Source: Saccostrea cucullata (taxonomy: Eukaryota). From it: a stretch of DNA of 64,000 bases. The stretch is from the NCBI RefSeq assembly GCF_032062105.1, contig NW_026936832.1:1-64000 (forward strand). The letters run 5' to 3'. Numbering within the stretch: position 1 is the stretch's first letter; each line of letters begins with the position of its first letter. The notes beneath the pieces were generated by a model that ran no database searches, was not told the DNA's origin, and was given only the letters and a program-made list of their open reading frames with translations. Below are positions 1 to 12,502 of this stretch, in pieces. The position numbers and the translations under genes were made by a program.

Positions 1-1332
1 TCCTGTTTCTACACACTCCCACAACGCGGGCTACATCTGCTTGTAGAATCAAGTCCGCCAACCCAGGGGGAATCCCCTGAGCTACAACCCAATGCGGATT
101 TCCTAACTCCGAGAGGGGCTCCTCTCGGAAACCATACGCTACGCACCCACCCATCAGTTCCACTCTCACATCAACTGGACGATGGTCTGCGAGCAACAAC
201 TCCTCCACTGACTGTACCTCACCCCCCGGGATCCTCCGGGGAAACCACAGGCAGTCTACAACTTGAATAAGTGGTATCGTGGTATCCGCTGACCAGGATG
301 GTCGCGGGGCTCCTCCGCTGGCGCCTTCCTCCGGCGGAACAACAACAACAACTGGTGGTGGATGCGGACTCTCCGCCACCACCGTCGTGGTCAACAACTC
401 CCGGGAGCTCGGAAGGCTGTCCGGTACTAAGACCACTCCGCTGCTAACCATGGCCTCGGGTAAGAGCTCGTCCTCCCAGGATTCCGCTATGTTAGAGCGG
501 GATCGTTCCAAACAGTTCCAAGTCCCCATTATATCGGCACCGTTTAACATAATAGCTATTACCAGGGGGTGTATGAACATGGCTACATGGGGTAACTCCC
601 CCATCCGCACCCTGCGGATTTCCGACTCGAGGGGCGGCACAATACCCAGATGGGCAGAGAAACGGATCATCAAGTCCCTCACACTACCGGAAAACCCCCA
701 CTCGACTTTTCCCATCCGCCGGACCACCCACTGGCGGAGATGACCCAGCAACCCAAAGTCGCTGGTACCCTCAGGGGACACCCTGAGCAAACGAGCTAAC
801 TGTAGGAGAAAATCCATGAACACTTGGGGGTCGTCTAACCCCTAGTGTGGTACTCCCAAATGTGAGCCAACATCGGGGTTGCCCCCGAGAACTTCATTCC
901 ACAAGCGTGGACTGCACATCTGCGGGTACCTCTGGCTCTGATACGGCGGGCTCCCGCCCCCTCCGCACCTGCGGGTATCAACCTTAATCTAGCACTAGAT
1001 TACAACCCCGCACGCCCGACTCCCTGGGGTCGGGGTATGCTGGCCTCCTGCGATCTCGCAGGCTCCTGCCCTCCAAGACTCATCTCTACCATCTCCGCCC
1101 AAGATGGTCCAGGGTGAACAGGCTGTCCTCGCCCAGCTGGCGGCAACGGGGGTGCTGCATCTGGAATCCCCGTGATAATCCCTCGACCTCTGGGCGCTCC
1201 GAGGTTCTCTTCCGGCGCTTCAGCATCACTCGCCGGTGCGGCCACTTCCGAGTCCGCGTCACTGCGTTCCCGCATCTCTTCCTCGGCGGAGCTTCCGCCC
1301 TCAAAGACAAACTCATCAACTTCCTTGGACAT
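1..1332 (-). pseudogene. Extra ORF3 of the Gypsy element: acidic N-terminus, C2H2 zinc finger (847-918), then a long open frame (838 to <1) ending in a putative TatD-like domain
   Basis: Manual translation: ATG at 1332, in-frame TAA at 1000, then CAVHACGMKFSGATPMLAHIWEYH. After a 1-nt frameshift at ~840 there are ~279 stop-free codons up to the window edge. Confidence 0.7.
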
Positions 1333-1476
1333 CACTTATGAACCTACAAAGACAGGTAAGATTATCAAACCTATGTCTAACTTACTAATTCATGTACAAG
1401 TCTACTCTAACCTGATGTAAACCCAACTGAGACTAGCACATGCTTCCGCATCATTGCGGAAATCTAACTGCTCTAA

Positions 1477-3476
1477 CTAGCCAGTGTCGACTCCGACGGG
1501 ACTACATTCGGGGCATATATATTGAGGTATCGACTTGGCATAGTCCTCACTTATACCTACGCACCCCGGATGGAACCAGTCCCGACAGTCGTCGCACTGC
1601 ACCATCATCCCCTTGGGATTAGACTGTAAGCAAACACAATATTTCTTGGCTCTAGTCCCCCTAGTGGCTCTAGGTTTCTTGGGTGCTTGGGGTTGTCTTG
1701 ATTGATCTAATCTTTCCCTAACCCGTTTACGAGTACCCATATACGGACCTACTGACTCCGCTGGTTTGGGGCTAACCTTTGAGTGACCCCCACTCCCCGG
1801 GCTCTCAGGACTTAATCCTGAATCTGCGGTCCCTAGCGGTGTTACCACGTCATGTGCAAGGGAACTATCCCCATCTCGGGCTACTGACTGTCCGGGCAAC
1901 TTATTCTTGTAGTTTATTAACCATTTAGGGAGTTGCCTGGACTCGCATCTTTTAAGCTTGTCATGGTGCATGACCTTGACCTCGCGCCGAGATTTTACAA
2001 CAAATATTGTGTCTGATTTGGTTTCTATTATTATCCCAGGACCCCTCCATACTGACTCTACCTTTTTTCCCGCATTGCGGCGCCAGTAGACCAAATCTCC
2101 GACCTTGAACTTACTGGTACGGACCTTAATGTCATGCGACCTTTTCATTGCCTTTTGCGCGACTTTTAGTTTTCCGCGGGCAATGTCGTGCGCTCTCTGA
2201 ACATTGTCTTCTAGATCACGTACATACTTGTCCACCTCACCCTCCTCCCCATTTTGAAAAGACGTGGAAGGCGGTGGGGCGAACATCAAGGTTGCTGGTA
2301 TATTTACTTCTCTACCCAGCATGAGACGATTCGGGGTATACCCAGTATGGCGGTTTACCGCGGACCGCAACGCTCCAGCCAATGGGCCTAAGTACTTATC
2401 CCATGACTTGGGCTGGCCATCTACGTAGCAACGAACCGCGTCCATTAGAGTGCGGTTATAGCGCTCTACCTGGCCATTCCCTGACGGACGGTAGGGTGTG
2501 GTCCTGGCCTTATGTATCCCTAACATGGCACAAATCTTACAGAACAGCTCACTCTCGAAGTTACGGCCCTGATCTGTAAAGATTTCGTAAGGATAGCCAA
2601 ATCGAGAAAAGAAGTCATTGATAGCAGAATTTTAGCGGTGACTTCCGCTGTCTGAGACGGAAGCGGAATACACTCTACCCACTTGGTAAAGCTATCTACC
2701 ATCATAAGGATGTATTCATTCCCGCTATCAGTTCGGGGAAGCGGCCCGAGAAAGTCTAAATGTACCCTCTCCATCGGGCTTCCCGCTTGGTAGCTCTTAA
2801 GCTCGGACCTGTTCGGCAACGAACCTCTCTTATTCCGGGCACATACGTTGCAAGTCTTGACATATAACTTTATGTCCTTTGTCATCCGCCACCAGTAGAA
2901 CTGTTGTTTAAGGCGTTCTTTAGTTCTCTGGATTCCCTGGTGACCAGAGGACGGTATGTCGTGACATAAGTGCATGATCTCGGATCTGAGACTCCGCGGC
3001 ACTAGGAGCCGACGGGGCGCATCCGAGTCATCCGGTTCTCGCCAAACAACTCCTGTCTCGTCGAGATAAAAACAGTCTCTCTCCAGAAGATAACACTTCT
3101 CTTCCGGACTACAGATAATTAAGTCACTTTCGGTAGGCAAGTCCCCAGACTCTAAGTACTGTCTAAGATATACCATAGTCTCGTCATTTTTCTGTGTCTG
3201 GGCTAGGTCTGCGGAACTGTATGAGGATAGCGAAATTCCCGCAGTATCACCTGTTACCTGACAGACTTGAGGACTAACTGTCTCAATCTTGGGATTTAAA
3301 CTCGACACCCCACTGACATTAATCTGGAAACTGGGTAGTGCAGAAGCACTTACAGTCGAGGGAGTATCTTCCCAAGAACTAGAAACAATGTCCTGACGAA
3401 GGGTGGGATCTAATGAACCACAACTACCCCCTTCGGCGGACTGACTCTCCGCTGGCACAGGCGTCTCGTCAAAGAG
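1477..3476 (-). pseudogene. pol: pol: integrase (HHCC + DDE core) with C-terminal PHD finger; frameshift near 2600
   Basis: HD...GHQG...CNVC zinc domain; core motifs RVHLDFLGPLP and NGQVERYNRTL; ends with KYCVC...MVQCDDCRDWFHPGC...YICPEC. Confidence 0.92.
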
Positions 3477-4400
3477 TTAGGACAAAGGAATTACATCGTC
3501 TATTTCAGTGTTAAAGTCATGCCAGCGCTCGTGGGCTCGGCGGCAATAACGGCATCCGCCGCAGGGCAAGTCTTCGACCCTAATTCTCGTCGAGTACCCC
3601 TGGCATGAATCAGGTATGTCCCGGGACAGAGCGTCAGCATTCACATGCTTCTTTCCCGGGCGGTGTACGATCCGCATGTTGTACTGGCTCAGTTTCTCGA
3701 GCCATCGAGCAATCTGGTTCTGCGGATGCTTGAAATTCATCAGCCAGACCAGGCTATGATGATCGGTCCTGACTGTGAACTCACAACCCAGCAGGTAATG
3801 GCGGAATTGTCTGGTAAACTTACTTACCGCCAATAGCTCTTTACGAGTAGTACAGTACCTGCGCTGCTCTGCGGACAGCACAGCACTCCCATACCCTATT
3901 GTTCTCTCTTTCCCACCCTGGACTTGGCTTAATTCCCCGCCTACGGCATAATCCGAGGCGTCAGTGTCCAGGATGAACTGACCTGTACTGTTCGGTATGG
4001 CTAGAACTGGAGGATGAGTCATTAACTGAATGAGTTCCTGAAAAGCACTCTGCTGCTCTTCACCCCACCGGAAACCACTTTTTCCGGTAACCGCATACAG
4101 CGGAGCCGCAATTCTGGAGAAGTGGGGGATAAAACTGCGGTGATAATTGGCGAAGCCAAGAAAGCGCTCTACGCCCTTAACATCACATGGAACTGGCCAG
4201 TCACGCACTGACTCAATGTATTGATCCCCCATCTCAACTCCGTGCTCGCTCACGGTTCTACCAAGGAACTCGACCTTAGTCTTAAACAGCTCGCATTTCC
4301 GAGGCTTGAATTTAAGGCCATATGCTCGGAACCGCTCAAACACTTGTCGTAGGTTATCAAGGTGAGCGTGTGCTGTAGATCCTAAGACTAGGATATCATC
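3477..4400 (-). pseudogene. pol: pol: RT C-terminus and RNase H
   Basis: Motifs FLGFANYHRSFI, LDTDASDYAVGGEL, KELLAV, TDHHSL and HVNADALSR; in frame after the 4401 stop. Confidence 0.93.
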
Positions 4401-7400
4401 TTAGAAACCTAAGGCCATCTTCCAGTTGAGTCTGTGTAACACCAAATTTATGGCCCTAGCAAAGGTCGCGGGGGCATTACACAGACCAAACCCTATTCTA
4501 GTGAATTCAAATAAGCCATATTTTGTAATAAAGGCAGTCTTTTTCCGGTCTTCCGGAGCTATCTTAACCTGCCAGTAAGCCGCATTAGCGTCAAGTTTGG
4601 AAAACCAGCGGTTTCCCGCTAGCGTGTCCATGCACTCCTCAATGAGTGGCAGAGGGTACGTGTCCTTGACTGTCACCTTATTAAGGGCTCTATAATCCAC
4701 GCACCAACGGACGCTGCCATCCTTCTTCCGGACCAGCACTGGGGCAGACGCCCAGTCTGAGGAAGATGGCTGGATGACTCCGGCTTTCAACATCTTATCT
4801 AGATGACCCTCTTCCTCCCCTTGAAAAACAGCGGGGGTGCGTCGCATCCGCTGCTTGACAGGAGACGCATTTCCGGTGTCTATTCGGTGTTCGATCTCGG
4901 AAAAACTTCCGAGATCAAGGTCATCAGTGGCAAAGACGTCGGCAAACTTTTTGACTAGCTCCGCTGCCTCGGATCTGACTTCCACAGGCGCGGTCTTATT
5001 TAACTGCTCTAAGAGTGGGGCAATATGATCATAGGTCTTATCCCCCTCAAAGCTTACACGACGCACTGTGGGCTTAGTGTCATTTACTAGATCGGCAGGG
5101 ACTGCTTTCCCCACCTTAGTACCTGTCTTAACAATATGACTACGGTCTGTCATGTTTAAAATACACAGCTTGGCTCTATTTCCTGCAGTGTTGTATGTCC
5201 GCGAAGCTACTATACCAGGCGGAAATATGCTGGCTGGCTCCAGCATAAACTCTGGCATATCGGAACTAAGGGTACTCTCGATGATCTGAGCAGTGTGCGG
5301 GGGAATCCGCACTCTGCGGACTGAAACCGCATCGAGTACTGGTACTGACTCATCAACACTCATAGCAAATATAGTGTCAATGCCCTTGACCCTCAAAGTA
5401 CCGGCTTCACATGAAATCTCTACACCATGCTTACGTAGGAAATCTATTCCTAAGAGCATTTCATCCTGCAGAGAACCAACATACATCGGGTGAGCAAAAT
5501 CATAATCCCCGATGCGTAAATTAAGACAACCGAGGTACTGAGCGGTCATACCAGCTCCCTCGCCAGCCAACCTAACATTAGGGTCACTTAAAACTTCGGG
5601 CTGCGGCCTCAAAGATTTATTAACTTCACTAGATATTATTGATATGTCGGCTGCGGTATCGATTGTTGCTCGCACCTGTTGGCCTCCAATCTGTATCGGA
5701 ATACGCCAAGCCCCCGAACCAATGACCTGACTACCGGACCTGACTGATGGAATAACATAGGTCGCGTTTACCTTCGGCTCAGAGAACTTGATTTTAGTCT
5801 CATGTTTTGATGCGCGATGTCTGTCTTCATCCTCGCTACTTGTATACTTAAGGCAAGGTTTAGGGGACCCCGATCTACGCCGTCGCTGGCGGATCGGGCA
5901 ATCGCGTAACAAGTGTCCTGGCTCTTGACACTCAAAGCATATAATGGGTTTCGTCGCGCGAGAGCGGCCCCTACCCGGTGACGGATCCCTCGAGGATCCT
6001 CGCTCGGGACTTGATCTTCGGGTGCGGTCCTCCGAGTCACTGGAGTAATGTTTCTTACCTGCATCCCAATCCGGTGACTCGGAGCGGTCCCTACTAGCGC
6101 GGCGATCAGAACGGTCTCTGCTGGCACGGCGAGGACGGTCCTCGCTGGCACGATGAAGACGGTCTCTGCTGGCACGATCTGGGGAACGGTCGTCGCTGGC
6201 ACGATAAGGACGGTCCCTGCTGGCACGATTAGGGCGGTCCCTCGATTCTGAGCGTTTTCTGCGTGCCACGTAAAAATCTTGGCACTCAGAGTCTGACCTG
6301 GCGCGATAAAAACCTGAACCTGGCGACTGACTTCGGTCTCTGGAAAGCGATCTAACTGCCCTCGGCCGGCGGGCTAAAGCTCTACGGCTAAGTTGATACG
6401 TCTTAACCCTCTTAATTGCCTCCTCGAGAGTCCCCGGGGGATTATTAATCAACTGCTGCCCCGCCTCGCCGTCATTACACCCAAGAGCAAAACGAACGAT
6501 GATTTGCTCCTGGAAAACCTCTGGCGAGGTGCCGCCACCGAACGCTTTCTGGGCAGTGTCCATTACTCTGTCCCCCCATTGCTCGATAGCTTCGTCCGCT
6601 CGCTGGCAGATCGAATTAAATTCCAGCTGTGAGGCGGCTCTAAGGGAAGTTTTACCGAATCGCTCCTCCATCCGGAGAACGACCTCACGGAAACTTAACA
6701 GCGCGCCTCGTCGCCTGAGGATGTCAAAGTACTTAAGGGCTGCCCCCTCTAACGTAAGACTTAGGGCAAACAGAGAGTCGGGATCGCTCCACTGATGGTA
6801 CTCGGCAATGGTAGAAAACTTCGAGTAAAATGGACCCCATTCTACATCCCCGTTATATCTCACCCCTTTTACCTCGGCCGGAATATTTCTACTGACACAG
6901 CTACGGGTACCCGCGGGAAGTAAGCTAGGCAATAGGCTCTGATACGCGGTGGTCATTAGCGAATGACTCTGTCCTGCATTATGCAGACCCCCCTGACTGG
7001 GCATAAACGACGGACTACCCCCTAATGCAACTGACTCCCCAACCAACCTACCATAGTGGCCAGCGCCCTGACCACTCGAGTTAGCAACACTAGGATGCGC
7101 GGACGCTACGGGCATTGTCGCGGAAGTACCCACTCGGGTGCACCATGCAACCTGACCCGGAACCGGTGGGCCCGTGCTGGGAAGCACTGGGTAATCGGTC
7201 CCCCCTGACGCGAAAGAACCCAAAGTAATAGTACTCGGCAATCCCGAGACTAAACTGTCATTGCCAAGTGAGGATAGGGAATGACCCTGAGACATTTGTA
7301 CACTAGGTCCCCCCACAGAGACAGGCATATACCCCCCGCTATGTGCGGTCACTACAGGGTTACTTACAGGCATCTGATGTCCGGGTAGTGCGCTAGGGAC

Positions 7401-8143
7401 CCAAGGACTCCCCTGGCTACTAGTCACTACTGGCTGACTGACCCTTTTATCCTGCATGGGCGGGGGTGACTGGGGCTGACTGGTCTTCATTAACCCAGCC
7501 AACATCTGAGTAATATTACCCAACTGGCCCCCCATACTTGTCTCCATGGCACCTATGTTAGATCCCATCGACCCCAGCTGTTTAGACACACTGGTCCCCA
7601 GGGCATCTATCTCGGACCCCATAGTCCCCAGCTGTTTTGACACATTGGTCCCCAGGGCATCTATCTCGGACCCCATAGTCCCCAACTGCTGTGACACATT
7701 GGCCCCCAGGTATCTATGTCCCCTCCCAGGGCCCCCATATCCTGACCTAGGGTATCCACCCTCTTATTAACAGTGTCCATTTCCCCCTGGATCCGGTCTA
7801 CCGCTCCCTCCAGGATCTGTTGACGTTCCTGGAGGAGGGAATAAAAAGCGGACCATCCGGGTGTTTCCCCTGGACCCTCCGAAATAGCTCCCTGTGTGAG
7901 TGACATGTCCCCCTCCCCATACTGAGTGACATTATCCGGGGCACTCCCCCCCTGGGGCACAGGTGTACTAGCAACACCAAGGGCAAACTTCACACTCTTT
8001 GTAGGCGGGACTTTCCCTGGGCTGCACTCTAACGGGGCACCTAATAGATCACTCCGGTCTCCCCCCACCGAACGAGCGTACCAACCCCCCTCGGGTCTCA
8101 AAGCCCCCCTACCAAGACCGAACGAGCTAACCTCTCGGTCCAT
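4401..8143 (-). pseudogene. gag-pol: gag-protease-RT (N-terminal part of the polyprotein); frameshift near 7708 and premature stop at 4401
   Basis: Zinc knuckle CFECQEPGHLLRDC; aspartic protease DTAADISI; RT motifs WASAPVLVRKKDGSVRWCVDYR and LDANAAYWQ. The catalytic motif reads F*DD. ORFs 7661-8200 and 4401-7697 join through a 1-nt deletion inside an 18-codon repeat. Confidence 0.92.
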
Positions 8144-8367
8144 AACACCGGTCCTCAGATCACGCAAAAGTACACTAAACTTTATTAAAAATACATACAA
8201 ATCTCTCGCGGCTAATCCGCTAAGAGTAAATAAAACAATAAACTAAAAACACAAAGGCTTTAACCCTATACAGTTACATAATAAAATACAAAAGTTACAA
8301 AAATCCAAGATGGCGACGGCACTAACGCACTTGGTTAGGCCGGCACCCCGCTGCCAAGACAATAAAA

Positions 8368-8385
8368 CCCTGGATCACAGCGCCA
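8368..8385 (-). promoter_or_regulatory. Primer-binding site TGGCGCTGTGATCCAGGG (possibly tRNA-Ser)
   Basis: Begins with TGG (complement of tRNA CCA) 1 nt after the LTR end. The first 11 nt are complementary to a ...UCACAGCG-CCA tRNA end; the tRNA identity is recalled, not searched. Confidence 0.75.
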
Positions 8386-8386
8386 A

Positions 8387-8654
8387 TATAGTATTTCCTG
8401 TATCTACATAATAAGACTGTGATGGCGGAATAAACAGGCAAATACTATGATATAAAAGTCCGCACTTTATTGCGTTAGTGGTCGCCAATAATATGTGACA
8501 ATTACACAATGACTTACAGAGAATCAAGTAACACGTCCTGTCGGGTCGACAATCAGCATAGAAGAGAGAGTGTATTACGTCATCCGCATCATTGCTGGAC
8601 ACGTGATCGGAGGCTACCGGGGAATTCGTCCCCGGCTCCTCCAGGACCACCACA
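8387..8654 (-). repeat. Putative 5' LTR (~268 bp) of the Gypsy element
   Basis: Minus strand starts TGTGGTGG at 8654 and ends TACTATA (expected ...CA) immediately before the PBS. Base composition changes to AT-rich DNA beyond 8654. The partner LTR is not in the window. Confidence 0.7.
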
Positions 8655-9813
8655 CCCGCAAATCTCCTTTAGCGTGTGTGCAGTTAAGATCCATTTTCAA
8701 TATATGGGTTGTAATTGTTAAATTTGAGCTCAGAGTTCAATATATCCTAGCCATGCCATGTGCACAAACTAACGTGGGAAAGGGAAATAACTGTAAAGTA
8801 TTTACGATATCTAAAAACACGAAAGGAGTTGTTAAAGGTGAAGTCTAAATACCTAAAAAGGTGTAAACACGCGGAGATTATTCTGAGAGAATATCTATAA
8901 ATATATTTATTTTGAAATATTTCCCCATAGTCTAATGTATTTTAATCGAATCCACTACTCATTTAAAGAGTGAGAGAGATATATAGAGAGTGACTTCACT
9001 TACATTAGCTGTTTGTCATATGAAATGTTTAAAATTAGAAAAAAAATATATGTATGTCTACAAAGTCCGTAAAGGTTCAACGATATACGGAAAACTAGTC
9101 TATGACGTCATCTCAGTCAGTACAGAGAATAATGTTATAATGAAAAGATAAGTGACACATTTATTTATATTTATTATATTTATTTATATTTGATATTTAT
9201 ATATTTATGACTGTATGTAACAGTTTTCTTTCGTGACGTCATATAAATTTCCTAAGGCTCTTCATAGGCTAATTTATTTATAGAGGAGACCTTTACCAAG
9301 ATCAGAATACGTAATATCATTTACATCTTTTCTAAATTTCGTTTCTTAATTGTCAAAAACGCAGGATATTTTACCTTTGAAAGACATCGTATTAAAATAA
9401 TTTTACATGAATAGAATAAATAATTGTTATATCCCTCTTGTGGAAGAAACTTAATATTGTAGATTTTAGCTTCAAATGGACACTGTTTTAAAATTATTTT
9501 ACTAATTTGTGGATAGAATAAAATGTTTCTTCTTAAGCATAGTATCCTGACCCCTTTTAGGACCCCTCTAACTTCATCTATATTACGTCTAACCCACAAT
9601 TTGCTTTCTTTGTGGTACGCTACTTACAAAAATTTAGACTGAAAACAGCTCTTTTGTTTATTTAAGGTATATAAAAGGTCCTCTAGTGGATGTTAATTTC
9701 TGGCTGTTCTGCCTGTCCGAGTTGGTTTGTTTGTGTCTCATTTGTAGTAGGCGGGGTATTTCATCGATTTAATGAAAGCATTCAATAGGGCTCCACTTAT
9801 AATAGTTTCAATC

Positions 9814-10287
9814 AACTCTATTACATAGAAATGAACTGTATTACATAATCAGGAACTCTTTTACATTAACAGGAACTCTATAACATAAAGAAGAACTCTG
9901 CAACATTAACAAGAACTGTTTTACATTTACAAAACTCCATTACATCAACATGTACAGTTACTCTTTTACATTAACAGGAACCTTATTATATAAACACGAA
10001 TTCTATTACATTGACAGGACCTCTCCTACGTTTACAAGAACTCGATTACATTTACAGGAACTTTATTACATTAACAGACACTTCAATACATTAACTGGAA
10101 CTCTATTTAAAAAAAACATGAACTCTACTACACTTACAGAAACTCCATTACAATAACACAAACTGTATTACATTAACATAAATTTTATTACATTAGCAGA
10201 AACTCTACTACATAATCAGGAACTCTCTTATATTAAAAGGAATTCTATTGCATTTTTTGGAACTCTATTACATTAACAGGAACTCTG
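9814..10287 (+). repeat. ~21-bp degenerate minisatellite (AGGAACTCTATTACATTAAC-like)
   Basis: About 20 or more imperfect tandem units are visible. Confidence 0.85.
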
Positions 10288-12339
10288 TAAGATTGCTAAG
10301 AAGGAAGGGAATATTGAATCTGAGAAGAAAAACTGTATATATTAAGGTTCACTATCCATTTGATAGGAGAGATAACGCCTACAGTAATAAGTGGTGTTTA
10401 TTGTTTGTCGGTTTGCTTGTTTTAAAGCACGTGAAATGGTCATTTTTGTCAGTTTGTGAATATCTTAATAAAGAATTAGATTTTAATCGGAAACTTAAGA
10501 AAAAAAGTTAAAAAGGAGATAAAGACAGATCAGGTACTTGAACAAAGGCCTTTCTTACAATAAATGATACGTTCAATAAAAGTCAAGCCACTAACACACG
10601 GGATTTCCACTTTTTTAACAATATCTTAGGTCCGCCTGCGCCTGGATTTTAATAGAAAAGAAAGACAACACAGCAATACTATATAAAAGCAACGAAAACT
10701 ATTAAAAAATTAATTAATTACTCTTGTCAAAATAGGTAAATTGCTCATTTTTCGACATTTGAAATTATAACGAACTAATTTCTATAGGTTAATAAACTGT
10801 ATTTTTTTATCCGTTAAAATTAGTTGATTATATCTTCAAAGAGTGGAAATTATCCAATCCATCCTATGTTTTGTGCCTTAGTTATAATTTTTTATTTACA
10901 AACGAAAACGTATGAATTATCAGCATAAACATATTTCAATAACGATCGCGAGACATTTAGTTAAAATTCCTGCATGTGTTTCCTAGTACAATTTCATAGT
11001 TTCATTTTCTTCGTACCTTGATTCAAATCAAAGTACTCAGAAGTACAGAGAGCCGGGCTCATTTACATAGTAGAATGGATTTCTTACATGAATCACGTTT
11101 ATGTTCTGATGAAAAAATTATTTTAAAACTATCAATATAAATGATGAGACACTGACAGTGAGTTTTTCAATCCTAATACCACGGTCCGATTTTGTCAGAA
11201 TCAGAATTAATCTGGTACCGCAGCTGAATGTAAACAAACAGGCCAGTCTGGTTCCCTCTCCTGCTTTACCTCGTATGTGTAGAGAACTACGGTAACACTG
11301 ATTATCAAAAATCCTTACGCTAATGAACTATGTTCTTTGACTTATGAAGTTTTCAAAGTCATTACTACTAATGTTTATTTTAGATAGATAAAACTTCGTT
11401 CTATTTTTGTTGCTTTATTTAGCATGTTTAGCATTTGTATTATCTCAAAAGCGGTTGAGAGTAAGAACTATATTTTTGCACGTAACTTTAAAATGGCGAC
11501 TATTGGGTTAACATCCTGCCTTGAACAGGATCACATAAGCCGGCAATTGCTCTTTAAGCAATAAGCCCGGCTAAAAATCACTGTGGTAGATTGCTTTGGA
11601 GTTGCTAGTAATATAAAGCGCCTAGATAGGGAGGTCAATTGAGTGCACTTTTTTATGCAAATGAGGTCAAAAATGGTGGATTTTGATTGGCTGGGAGGAT
11701 AAGGGGGTCAAAGGAGTGCATCCCCCTGGGGATAGAGGGGTTCAACTCAGTGCAGTCCTTGGGGGATAGGTGGGTCAGTACATAGCTCCCTAAATATAGT
11801 GTTTTACACTCTACGTGGGTACTACGTTTTAAATGTACACAGGTAAAAAATACTTGGCAGTGACTCAAAAGAATGTGATTATGACGTCACACCATTTCAT
11901 TCACAGTCTAGACAGCCTAGTCTAGCCAGTTTGAACTGGTTTTTACTGAAAAAAGACAATAACAAACACACAATACAAGAACAAGGCAATTTTTATTCAG
12001 AATGAAAAATACATCCAATTACATTTTCTTCTTCTTCTGTGCCTTTTCAGTCATCAGGGGTAGTTTCCTCTTGTTTTCCTGAGGCTTTTTTTCTTCAGTT
12101 TTTTCTATGTCTTTTACTAATACGTAGCATGGATCCATCTGTTTAATTTTCTTACTCTCTCCTGATCCCCCTGGTCCTTCTTTTTTCTGGTAAGTGCTTT
12201 CTCCTCCTTCTCTCATTTTATCTTGGGTGATAATGACTTCTAATTTGAATAATTTGCCACAAATCACAGCAAATTCACTGCTGTTATAAGTTTTCAGTTT
12301 ATTCAGCTTGTTATCAATATCACTCACCTTGGTGTTCAG

Positions 12340-12340
<1 letters not shown>

Positions 12341-12385
<45 letters not shown>

Positions 12386-12471
12386 CATTTTGTCCGTCGT
12401 CCGTCCGTCCGTCTGTCCGTCCGTCCGTCTGTCCGTCTGTCCGTCTGTCTGTCCGTCTGTAAACTTTTCAC

Positions 12472-12502
<31 letters not shown>

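Larger units (their letters stand above)
1..8654 (-). mobile_element. Ty3/Gypsy LTR retrotransposon (5' LTR, PBS, gag-PR-RT-RH-IN(PHD), extra ORF3); 3' end lies outside the window; degenerate copy
   Basis: GC-rich block with domain order PR-RT-RH-IN, plus an LTR and PBS at the 5' end. Carries several nonsense and frameshift lesions. Confidence 0.95.

Noticed and set aside
279-743. 154-aa plus-strand ORF and the other small ORFs overlapping the Gypsy element
   Set aside because: Antisense or alternative-frame shadows of the GC-rich minus-strand coding regions; no recognisable motifs.
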